The notes under the pieces are model-generated. The model saw nothing but the letters and a program-made list of their open reading frames with translations. It did no database searches and was not told the origin of the DNA. From the NCBI GenBank assembly GCA_001662655.1, contig KV460206.1: a stretch of 32,408 nucleotides of DNA; one strand, given 5' to 3'. This document shows, in pieces, positions 12,101 to 22,354 of the stretch (its first letter is position 1; each line of letters begins with the position of its first letter). The translations under genes and the position numbers were made by a program. Origin of the DNA: Pseudogymnoascus verrucosus (Eukaryota).

Positions 12101-12412
12101 GCCAGGCATTTCATGCCCCTCTCCTCTTGATACTTCCTTGAACCAAAAATCTCTCTCACTTTTCCCTATACCCAGTAGCGTTTCATCAGTTGTCAATCAG
12201 ATCCTCCCTTTTTGCAGTATCATCTCGCTCGGCAAATTAGAAAAATCGGAAAGAGTATCTTTTTTATATACACACCATAACGAAATTCCGGCAACGGGCA
12301 AAACAACGATTATATATCCCCAGAGTCAGAGACGTTTGAAACGAGAAACAAGACATCGTCGCACTATCACCCTCGCGCATTACCACTTTTGTCGCGAAGA
12401 CGCCCCGGAGCC

Positions 12413-14823
12413 ATGGCGACTCGCCAGCAGGCCAGTAGTAGCCGGCGCGCATCCCAACTCTCACAGCAACGCACCGCCGCCCTCCCCCCGCTCGACACCC
12501 GCGGCGAGATGTTCCAAAAGGGCCAGCATGGTTCCTTCTTCGACATGAAGGCGCTGGCGCCTCGTCCAATGTCGTCGTCGACGGAGATGTTTGACACAGA
12601 CTTCGAGGACGATGGCAGCGAGATCGAGGAAGGCGAATACTCGCCCAGGATCAGCATTAACTCCGTATGTGTGCCCGCCCGTCGCGGCGCATTTCTTGTT
12701 CAATATAGATTACTAACATGCGCTCACAGGCTGGACGGAGGAGTCAGACCACACTGTCCTCATTTGAGGACCTGCCAACGCCAAAGTCAAATAGCTTCCA
12801 TGGCTTTGACTTCCAACTCCAGCAGACGCAGGCGCCGCGCAAGTCAGTAGAGGGACCAAAGGGACCGCATCTGTTCAGGATCTCCCAGGAGGTGGCGCCG
12901 GAGGAGGAGTACTATCTCACAATGTCGCCAGTGACCCCGCGATACGCACCATCGTCGCGGCCTGAGACGGCATTCAGAGTCCCATCGATGCCATACCCAC
13001 AGCCGGAGCTGAAGCATAGGCCAATCAGCACGCTGACGGCAGCCGTGACAAAACTGAATAAGATGGAGGTAGCCATGTGGACGCCCCGCCAGGTGGCGAG
13101 GTGGATGTACCATGCGGGGTTCGAGCCAGCTATTGTGGAGAAGTTCGAGGAGAACGATATCTCGGGCGAGATCCTAACCACCCTCAAGTTTGAAGACCTC
13201 CGGGAACTCGACATCCAGTCTTTTGGCCAGCGCCACAAGCTGTGGGCCGAGATCCACACCCTCCGCGGCGATGCAGTGGGCGCACCAACGTCGCCAACTG
13301 AGATCGACTGCGGATCGAGCGACGAGGATGAGCGCACGCACAAGAAGTCCAAGCCGCGCAGGAAACACAAGAAGGCCAGTTTCGAGGACATCATTTCCCC
13401 ACTCGAGTCCGTCTCCATCGTCGGCATCGAGCAGCTCATGCCCAAGGCGCACAAGTGCTCCAAGGGCGAGAACTGCTCGCGCTGGAAGAAGCAACAGCGA
13501 CTCATCCAACAATTCAAGATGGGCCACCCCGTCAGCCCAGACGGCGGCATGATCCTCATCGCCGGCGACCCAGGCAACCCCTTCACAGCGGAAGCCGTGC
13601 GCCCCTTCTCCGAAGCCCAGCCCTCTGTCGTCGCCTCCTCCGACCTCCTCGGCCCCGGCGAAATCCCCACCTTCTCCCACCTCGACCCCGAGCAGCTCGC
13701 CGCCCTCGCCTCGCGCGACCCCCAGGACAACGTCAAGCAATTCCTCAACTTCCAACACATCGACCAGAACTGGTCCTCCGAGGAGCCTCCCACCCCACCA
13801 TACGAGATGTTCCCCTCCCTCCCCGTCGCCCTCCAACACACCGCTCAACCCACCCACCCCCTCTCCAATCTCCGCAACCTCCCCAAACTCGCCATCCCCC
13901 CTCCCCGCCCACCGCGCTCCGCATCCGCAATGGCCTTCTCCCCAGGCCCCATGGACCGCGCTGAGGCCCTCTCCCCCGACCTCCGCAGCGCGCGAGAGCG
14001 CCAACCCTACCGCTTCGGCACCCCAGCCTCAGACATGGACGTCCCCGTCACAGCCATCAACCACGGCCCCATCTCGCGCGACGCCTCCCAGTCCGTCCCT
14101 CCAAACATGTCCTACCGCAACAACGTCCCCGCCGCCGGCCCACCCCTCTCCCGCTCCGCATCCCGCTCCTCCCGCCGCCCCTCCTACCAAGCAGGCCTCC
14201 CGCGCCTCGACGAGGACCCAGTCGTTGCCCCACCCCGCCCTCAGCGCTCCAGTGTCCTTGGACCGATCTCACCTCCAAGGCAGGTCGTGGCTTCAAACGC
14301 GTATTCTCCTGTTCGCGCGCCCGCTGAGCGTTCTACGGATGACTTGGGACACCAGGGGTGGATGCGCAAGCGCAAGACCCGCATGTTGAGGCATGAGTGG
14401 CACGAGCACCATTTCACGCTGCGCGGGACGCGATTGGCGATGCACAAGGATGAGCGCGCGCGCGAGGTTCTCGAGTCGATTGATGTGGATGACTACGCTG
14501 TCGCATGCAGCTCGCTTGCGTCGTCGAAGATCAACACCGCGTTTAAGGCGATGAATATTAAGTTAGGGAAGAAGGAGGAAGAGGGCGCGTTTGCGTTCCA
14601 GCTTATCCCCGCTGTGGTGGAGAAGGCAGAGAAGTTGAGGAAGAATAGGGAGAGTGGGATTTTTGGGAGTAGTAGTGTAGAGAAGGATAAGGTTAAGACG
14701 CATCATTTTGCGGTGAAGTCGAGGGATGAGAGGATTGATTGGATGAGAGAGCTCATGCTGGCGAAGGCGCTGAAGCAGAAGGGCGAGGGCTTCGAGATCA
14801 ATGTCAATGGCAACATGATCTAG
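12413..14823 (+). CDS. SAM- and PH-domain protein, HAM-9/Boi1-2-like; exons 12413-12664 and 12730-14823, 781 aa
   Basis: SAM domain: WTPRQVARWM...FEENDISGEILTTLKFEDLRELDIQSFGQRHKLWAEIHTLR. C-terminal PH domain: HQGWMRKRK...WHEHHFTLRGTRLAMHK...HHFAVKSRDERIDWMRELM. No SH3 domain was seen, unlike yeast Boi1/2. The intron at 12665-12729 (GTATGT...ACTAAC...CAG) joins in frame. Confidence 0.88.
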
Positions 14824-14974
14824 GTTGCGACAGACTGAAGTGGTGTGTTTTTGTTTGGGCTGTTTGGGTGGTTATGTTATCTGCTCGCATATTTAGCGGT
14901 CCTTATTGTTTGTGGTCGACGATTATTATTACCCTACTTTTTCTTGGAACGGCTTCACAGCCTGGATGGAGCAT

Positions 14975-15040
14975 GGAATTGGAATTGGAATTGGATTGGA
15001 ACTGGATGGGATGGATGGGATGGATGGCATGGGAATGGGA
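14975..15040 (+). repeat. (GGAATT)n/(GGATG)n short tandem repeats in the 3' UTR
   Basis: ggaattggaattggaattggattggaactggatgggatggatgggatggatgg. Confidence 0.7.
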
Positions 15041-15600
15041 TATAGCATGAAGATTTGTGATATACAATCATTACTTTAGTATAGGAAATTAAGAAATCAG
15101 AGAACATACTCCAAAATCATCATTTTTTAACTGCAAACGCGTTTTTTTTGATGCATATTGGAAGGCGCGACCTACTTTGCGTGCCTTCCTCTACAGTTGT
15201 TGCGAGTGCATCGTGCCTGCCATTCCACATAGCAACTGTATGATACGGCAGGAACGATACAGCGATCGTGCCTACCATATCCCATCAACCTCCAACTTCC
15301 GCTCCTTTCTTCAATTCACCCCCCAACCAACTCACCTCCCTCCATCGACGTAACATTTCCAACACAAACCATCCCACCAACACCGCCCCCACCCCTGCGC
15401 CTCCTCTAGCCGCCCAACCGATCTGTAGCCTGCGGCCGGCGCTAAAAATGTAACTATGTGCATACAACACCAACGTCGTCTAGCTCAGCTTGCGTTTTAT
15501 AGGAAACATGGTAGGGGGCGGTGTTAGAGAAGAAGGTGCGTGAGGATTTAATTCGAGGATGTATAGTGGTTGCCTGTTGGTAGATTTTAGTGGTTTTATA

Positions 15601-15633
15601 TTTATTTTATGTTTATTTTATGTTTATTTTATG
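15601..15633. repeat. 11-bp unit TTTATTTTATG x3 in an AT-rich convergent intergenic region
   Basis: Three exact tandem copies read directly from the sequence. Confidence 0.8.
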
Positions 15634-15855
15634 TGATATATAGTTGGGAATAATAAATACCATTCTTTTGACCAACACAAACAATTAAATTTACTGAAAC
15701 AGGTTATTGTATAGTTAGATGGCTCCTAATAATCCCGAAATATTTATTTTTGCGCATGAGTAGAGATCGTTTTGATTTAATCGTAAGGAGGGCATTGTTG
15801 TTCATGAACACCGAATAAAGGCCAGCCTAGGAATTGCTCAATATTCCAACCCTGC

Positions 15856-17403
15856 TCACAGAAGAACATCGGTGAACACCCCCTTCGGATCCCACTCCCT
15901 CTTCAAAGTCTTCAACTTCTCCAGTCTCCCCTCCCCAGGGAACCGACTCTCAATCGGCGTCTCCCTCTGCGAATTCTGGAAAGTCTCCGTCTCTCCTACC
16001 TCATACCTCTCCGTCACAATCCTCAACGCCTCAACCTGCCACTCCCACGCCGCCTCATACGACTTCTCCTCCGTATACCAACACACCGCCTCAATCCACG
16101 CTGCCACGTTCCTATGCCCATACGCACTCTCTTCCCACCTCCCCGCCTCTCCCTTTCCAACGTACATCAAGCACGCCATCGACCTCGCCGCCTGGGCGCC
16201 CTCCTTCTCAATAAACGACTCATACGCCTTCACCTCCGCCTCCCACACTGCCGGTTCCCCCGGAACCCTTGGAACTCCCGCAACAATATGTCTCTTAAAC
16301 CCTCCCGTCACGCAGAATGGATCAAAGTCATCGTTAATGTTCGCATAAGAGACGCGTTTCTCCCCCCACACGAATGGACCCAGCGCCTTGACAGGCGCGA
16401 AATGCGCATTAGCGTCCTCGCTGCTGCCGAAGAAGATGAGAGAGGCAAGAACAATGGTCGAACCATCGCCATGTGGTGATTTGGTAATGACCATGGCGCC
16501 CGCGGCACGGGGTTCGGGGGAGGCGGCGAGAGGCGCAAGCGCGCTGATCAGTTCGCCGATGCGGGCGGCGGGGAAGGGGGCGGCGGTTTTCCAGATGGTG
16601 CCGTCGGGGGAGTTGAGTACGGAGAGGGGGGAGGCGCGGAAGGTGAGAGAGGTTATGAGACCGAAGTAGGTGCCGGCTCCCTTGATGGCATAGAGGAGCT
16701 CGGGGTGAGAGGTGGCGGAGACGGTGATGAGGTCGCCGGCGGCGGTGACGAGACGCGCTGAGAGGATGGCGTCGGAGGTTTGGCCTAGGATGCCGGAGAA
16801 GATCGTGAGGCCGCCGTTGACGGCTGGGTGGGGTGGGGAGTTAGCTTTGTACTACGGAATTGGGCGGGGGACTTGTAAGGGTACGAACCTTGAGCAACGC
16901 TGCCGACCGTGTTCGCCGTGCCAAATGGAGCACATAAGCCTGCCTTATAGAGCGGAGCAACAGCATCTTTAATCTGTGAACCACCGCTTACAGTCACTGT
17001 ACGTGCCTCCTTATCAACAACAACAGCGTTGAAAGCAGTGAGGTCGATAATGATGCCCTCTGCGCCAATTGTCGACCAAAGGCTGTGGCCACCGGATTTA
17101 GGGACAAATTCCACGCCGTGAGCAACACAGAGCTTAACCTGCGACTGTATTAGAATCCCCCAATTGTGGATTTGTTAGGATGAAAGGACGAACAGTCTCT
17201 TGGACATCAGCTTCGGTAGCGACTGCGACGATGGCTGCTGGGGTCTTCTTTCCAATGTTGGTCCATCGCTCATGCAACACCTTAAACTCTGCATCTTGCT
17301 CCGTCACAATTTTAGAATTCGAGCTAAGCTTTGAAGCTAGGTCTGCGACCACATTTTTTGCGGCGGCATATAGCCCCTCGGTTGTGTTTGATGTTCCCGA
17401 CAT
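15856..17403 (-). CDS. FAD-linked oxidoreductase (VAO/PCMH FAD-binding, berberine-bridge/6-HDNO-like); exons 17403-17194, 17138-16889, 16823-15856, 475 aa
   Basis: Motifs: PAAIVAVATEADVQET/VKLC, KSGGHS (flavinylation His motif), IIIDL, GGLTIFSGILGQTSDAILSARLV, ELLYAIKGAGTYFGLITSLTF, and a C-terminal BBE-like LEKLKTLKREWDPKGVF. Two GTTCGT...CAG introns (17139-17193, 16824-16888) give an in-frame 1428 nt. No signal peptide. Confidence 0.88.
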
Positions 17404-18204
17404 TGAGGCGGATTTTCTATCCAAATGTCAGTTTCAAAACTCCATCAAAGTAGGGAAAGGTGATATTCTAACAAGTCTATATTTTCAAAGTAATTTCCTA
17501 GCAACACAGAGATACAACTCCCCCCTCGAAAATAAAGTAACGACGGAAATGACTACTTATAGCTTGTAAGAGTGATAATCACAGACTAGCGCTCAATTAC
17601 GAGGGGTAAGTCTGATGTAAGCTGAATCCTCATCCCTTTTCAATCGACGGATTTTAACATTGCCGAGCATAAGCTATTTGGGCGAGTAACCGCTCAAATA
17701 TCACCTTGACCGGCCTATATATAAGATCCGGTCGCCGTCTTGACCGGCGTCTTTTGACTCCAAGGTGGTTCCACTCAACCCCGTATTAGTCGGAATGTCC
17801 AGCGAACAGCGCTTCTAGAGATGGGCGCAACATAGCGTTATGAACTGCACGATATTTGGTCGGAACTTATGTCAAGCCGATGATGGTGCGAATGGAATTG
17901 ACATTGCATATGGACATATGCTCCATTGGCTGGACATACGATGGCTCTAATGCAATGAGAGATAGTTATTGGTATAAGTTGCGAGCTCTGACATAAGCGC
18001 ACTACGATCCACTTATAACCGGCGTGCACGGACACTGAGAAAGGCTTGGTAGGGACTATAATTGTGGGATGATTATTGTGCAATAGTTATCCCCAAAATC
18101 GTTCGAAATACGGGCCATGCCCACATCATCTAATTACTCAAGTAATCTAGCAATGGTGACATAATCACATTTTCCACAGCAACAGTTATATACAAAGACT
18201 TTTG

Positions 18205-18565
18205 AGAACCTGCGCACTTCTGTGAATATCTTTGTAAGCTTCATCTTCTAAATCCGCGCACTAGTAGCTTTATTAGCGCCAATCTGCGCAAGATGAATCG
18301 CATCGAGCTTGTATATCTATCACCACCCAATTTGTGGATATCCTGAGCTTCATTTTTAAGGACCCGCGCGCTTCAAGCTCCAGTAGCGCCAATCTGCGCA
18401 AGAATGATCGCATCGAGTTTCCAGATACATCACTACACAATTTGTGAATATATTGAGCTTCAATTTCTGAATCCGCGCACTTCAAGCTCTAGTAGCGCTA
18501 ATCTGCGCAAGTTTGTGAATATCTTGAGCTTCATTTTGCAGAATTCGCATGCTTCTTTCTAGTAG
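18205..18565. repeat. Degenerate tandem repeat, ~110-bp unit, ~3.3 copies
   Basis: TGTGRATAT...AGCTTCA starts at 18221, 18333, 18443 and 18514. TAGCGCYAATCTGCGCAAG starts at 18274, 18384 and 18493. ATCGCATCGAG occurs twice. The third unit lacks ~39 bp. Confidence 0.85.
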
Positions 18566-18858
18566 ACCTTCAAAGTGATCAAGAACCCCGATTCGTTTTC
18601 AGTTTCTATATATCACTTATCTAACAACAGTGCCTGTACGCCGTTCTCAACCTCTAGATCACTGTCCTGCAATATCCCATCCTCAGATCTTATCACTCAG
18701 CCACCCAGCCACCCAAGAATCTCTACCTTCTCTAGACTTGTCTCCGGATGACGGGGTTAGAGTATTTTCCGGCTAGTGCATAATAAGTGGCCTGGCAAGG
18801 AAGCGAGTTGATATTGATCCATTTCTCTAAAATGAAAGTCTTGTCGTCTTCTTAATCA

Positions 18859-19805
18859 TTATAACGCCAACACAGACGCCAAGAGGACTGCCAACGCCAA
18901 CAACCCACCGCGAACCCCGATTCTAACGCTGTCCCCCGTGTCCGTAGGCGCAGGGGAGCTGGAGGTGGTGGTGCCTTTACTGATCCGCGACGTACAAGTT
19001 CTACCTTGGCCTCCAGTATGGACCACGGCGTCGACCTTCTTCATAAATGCTGCACAATCGAGCTTTCCCGTTGTGTAGATGTCAAGACTCAACGCCTCAT
19101 TCAAAGCCGGGAACTCAATACTAAGAGGATGTATTAGCCTTGATGATCGGAGGAAGATGGTTCAGATGGGACTCACGCATCAATATTGCCAGTCAGACTT
19201 ATGTTACGGGCATAGGACAAGCTCGGGAAGGAAAGCTTGATGGCTGGTCCATCTGATAGATCAAATACCAGGCTCTCGGTGACGTTCTTGAGCTTTGGGA
19301 CGTTCAAACTTGTGAGTGAAGATACATGGGAGATTATGAAGCTCGATGCGACATTCTCGAGGCCTGGTAGGTCGAGGCTGGTAATATTGCTGGAGTATAC
19401 GGCACCGAGGTAGGCTGGTGAATTGAGTACGATGCTGCCATTGACGGTGATACTAGACGCTTCGGCCATCCCAGGAATTGCCAACGGCCCTTTGATGGTC
19501 CCATCGATGAAGATCTTGTACGGGTGGGGTGTGCAATTGGCCGTAATAGCTTCATTCGTGCTATTGACTTGTACGACTTCGCCATCGCAACTGTAAGCAA
19601 GTCCTGCACAACCGGCGAGAGTATCTGCATTTGAGCTGTCGAAGGATAGGTTGCTACTCTTGCAGGCAGTTGCTGCGTATCCATAAATTAGCGTTGGAAT
19701 GTGAGAACGGGTAAGTCAGTGGCACCTACGAAGGTTACCGATTGCGGCCGCCGCAAGGCTCACTATAGACGCGCTGACAAGATGGCCGGAGAGTTTCATT
19801 TTCAT
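18859..19805 (-). CDS. Short GPI-anchored cell-wall protein, Ecm33/Sps2 (receptor L-domain)-like; exons 19805-19739, 19672-19177, 19120-18859, ~274 aa
   Basis: Signal peptide MKMKLSGHLVSASIVSLAAAAI. L-domain-like repeats: ITSLDLPGLENV, LTSLNVPKLKNV, IKLSFPSLSYA, IEFPALNEA. A Thr/Ser linker precedes a hydrophobic C-terminus (GGLLALAVLLASVLAL*). Introns are 19673-19738 (alternative in-phase donor at 19729) and 19121-19176 (GTGAGT...GCTAAT...TAG). Confidence 0.8.
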
Positions 19806-20041
19806 AATTCGTAAGTAGTGAATCTATTACTTACTTTTAGTTGGGGACCTTTCCGTCTTTATAAGCCATCCCAATCTCGTAAAGATGACCAGATAATTAA
19901 AGGACCTCGCCCTCTTAATACCCCATATTTATCTCGTATAGATGACAGATGATGGGAGACTCGTACTTTGACAACACTGATTTGGAATTTACAATATGTT
20001 GCTCTTATTTACATAGAAGCTTACTGCGAGCTTATCAAAAT

Positions 20042-20049
20042 TAAGCGCC
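20042..20049 (-). promoter_or_regulatory. GGCGCTTA (TAAGCGCC on +), a candidate PRO1 site
   Basis: Exact consensus match ~240 bp upstream of the GPI-protein ATG. It also lies in the 3' UTR of the acyl-CoA dehydrogenase. Confidence 0.3.
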
Positions 20050-20075
20050 AACTACCCCTGGCTGTAACGCTCGTC

Positions 20076-22023
20076 TTACAATTTCGAAGCCGCATCACTT
20101 GGGGCTTCCCCAAAGCTGATCTTACTGTTCATCCTAACCCTCTCCTTCAGACTTCCCGACCCCTGAGCTTTCCAGTCGGTGGGACCGGCTAACCAACGCT
20201 TTGCTACCTCCTTGGCAACCTCATCTCCGTCCCTCCTCGCATCGATTTCCAACAACACTGCCCCTACAACTCTCGCAAGTTCAAGCAGCACCTCCCTTCC
20301 ATCAATAATCAACTCTTCCTCGCTCTTCTCCCTCACATTCGCAGCCCATTGCTCCCACCTACTTTGACCATCAAACCCGACCTTGGCGCCACCGATCCAC
20401 CTAGCCAGGGCCTCAAGCACCTCGTTGCCACTGCGTCCCTTCACAATCTTCACCAAATCCCAGCTCAGAGTCTCCGTCGTACCCTCCCAGATACTCAGCA
20501 CATTAGAGTCCCGGTAAATTTTTGCCACATTCAAATCCATCTCCTCATTCTCCAAGTATCCCACCCCGCCCAACCCCTCAACGCACTCCTGCAATCCAGT
20601 AATGCAAGCCTTAGCACTCCCCGCCTTCAGCACAGGCGTCAACACTCTCAGCAACTTCGTCACATCCTTCGCATCCGGAACCAGCGCCGCGTCAACTCCC
20701 TTCCCAGAGCTTGCCGATCCCTGTTCCGAGATTCCAAGCAACAAAACTGTGAAGAACGAAAGATGCATCCATCCCCGATACTCGACCTCATCCCTCGCCA
20801 TCACCGCAATATGACTGGGCATATCAATCAGTCTCCTTCCCCCAGCGACCTTTCTCACCCTCGCAAATGCCCGCTTAATTGCCAGCCCGCGTCCCCACGC
20901 CCCGACCGCCGTCACCGAATTATGCACGCGAGTGATATTCAAGATCGTTGAGATCTCACGGATACCATTACCTGCCTCACCCATTAGATGCGCGCGCATA
21001 TCCTTGACCACCAACTCCGCCGTCGGCAGCGACTTCGTGCCCAGCTTGTTCTTCAGTCGCTGGATCGTCACGCCGTTGAGCTCGGTCTCAACTCCGTCGG
21101 TGGTGCGCCGCATCGGCGCAAAGAAGGTGCTTAGCTTCCCCTCCGGGGTGCGCGCAAGAAGGATCGTCATCTGGGCGTCAGTGGCGCTGCTGAACCATTT
21201 GAAGCCGTTGATGGACCAGGATCCTAGCGGGCTGCCGTCGATGGACTTGGCGGAGATGGGAGACGCTGCGGGCGTGGCGAGCGTCTCGGTGAAAGAGACG
21301 TCAGAGCCACCAGGACGCTCGGTCATCCATTGCCCGGATGTCCAGGCTTTGGAGGGGGAGCGCGAAGTAAGGCGTGAGTAGGCGGATTGGAGGATGGGGC
21401 GGAGTTCAGGGGAGAGGGTTGGGGATTCCATTTGCCGCGATAGGAATCTTGCGGCGCCGTCGGTCATGGCCGACGGGCATGTTACGGAGGAATTGGAGGC
21501 GGTCCAAAGATGGTATCTGCTGAGCGTCAGTGCTGGGCCCTCAAGAGAGAAGAGAAGTTGTCTGTCACTTACTTGATAAATTGGTGCACTCGGCTGAATT
21601 CCTTGTGCTTGTTCTCGAAGGGGATAGCCACTATCCCCTCCTCAATGCCCAGGTCCTGAAGATTCCTCCATCCCTCACTTGTGATAAGCTCATCACGCCT
21701 CTTTCCAAACGTGTCCCATGTCTTCAGATATGGGAGGTTCTTCTCTGAATCCGCGACCCAATCGAGGACTTTCCTGGACAGAACCACATCCCCGAAGCGG
21801 TTAAGGTCGGGATATATTTCTTGCTGGACTTCGGATGGGAGATACACTGTAGATGTTATCATTAATTGCGTTATTCTAGTGCTGACAGGCAGTCTGTGTG
21901 AAACATACATGCTAGCACACGCTGCAGCGCCCGGTCATCCTGCAGTTGGTTTGGAACGATTGGACGTTCTTGGAAGAACCCTGCAGTGGAGCTGGAGGGC
22001 GTTGGTGCTGGCTTTCTGGACAT
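20076..22023 (-). CDS. AidB-like acyl-CoA dehydrogenase with PTS1 (-SKL); exons 22023-21909, 21846-21573, 21516-20076, 609 aa
   Basis: Motifs: CPSAMTDGA, SGQWMTERPGGSDV, INGFKWFSSA, QRLKNKLGTKSLPTAE, ILNITRVHNS, EGLGGVGYLE, YRDSNVLSIWEGT; C-terminus ASKL*. Introns 21847-21908 (GTATGT) and 21517-21572 (GTAAGT) give an in-frame 1830 nt. Confidence 0.92.
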
Positions 22024-22137
22024 TATAAGGATATTTTGATAACTTGATATATATATAACTGATTTGATATAAGCAGGGCAAGTGTAAATGCTGGTATTAT
22101 ATGACCCAAGAAGCTGGATGGACCCTCGTGATAGTTT

Positions 22138-22184
22138 CCCCACGAAACTACCCCACATTTCTCCATGTGGCAACTGTGCCTCGG
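22138..22184. promoter_or_regulatory. FarA/FarB-type CCTCGG site plus two CreA-type SYGGRG sites upstream of the acyl-CoA dehydrogenase
   Basis: CCTCGG at 22179-22184. CCCCAC (GTGGGG on the minus strand) at 22138-22143 and 22151-22156. Confidence 0.45.
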
Positions 22185-22354
22185 CCCACGGATATTCCCT
22201 AGTAGCCTCGCCTTACCAACGACGTCAGGCGGAAGAAACTCTCACAATAAGCCACAGGAATATCAGGAAGGAGAAAATAAATATGAAAGATCCGCATAAT
22301 TGAATTAGAAATCGTAAATGTCATATCCTGTATGTAGTATAGATTTACAAGCCC

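Noticed and set aside
5306..12412. Telomerase RNA, TPP riboswitch, tRNA or 5S rRNA in the long intergenic region
   Set aside because: By eye I found no TAACCCTAA template, TPP aptamer core, tRNA cloverleaf with a T-loop, or 5S signature.
5872..12548. Many 60-190 aa ORFs in the long intergenic region
   Set aside because: None shows a recognisable domain, coherent codon bias or a splice model I could build.
18205..18565. CRISPR-like array or coding repeat (ORF 18273..18485)
   Set aside because: The inter-block sequences are homologous to each other rather than unique spacers, the context is eukaryotic with no cas genes, and the reading frame shifts between units.
15856..22023. Secondary-metabolite gene cluster around the FAD oxidoreductase and acyl-CoA dehydrogenase
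   Set aside because: There is no PKS, NRPS, terpene synthase or transporter in the window, and the only transcription factor is the developmental regulator PRO1.
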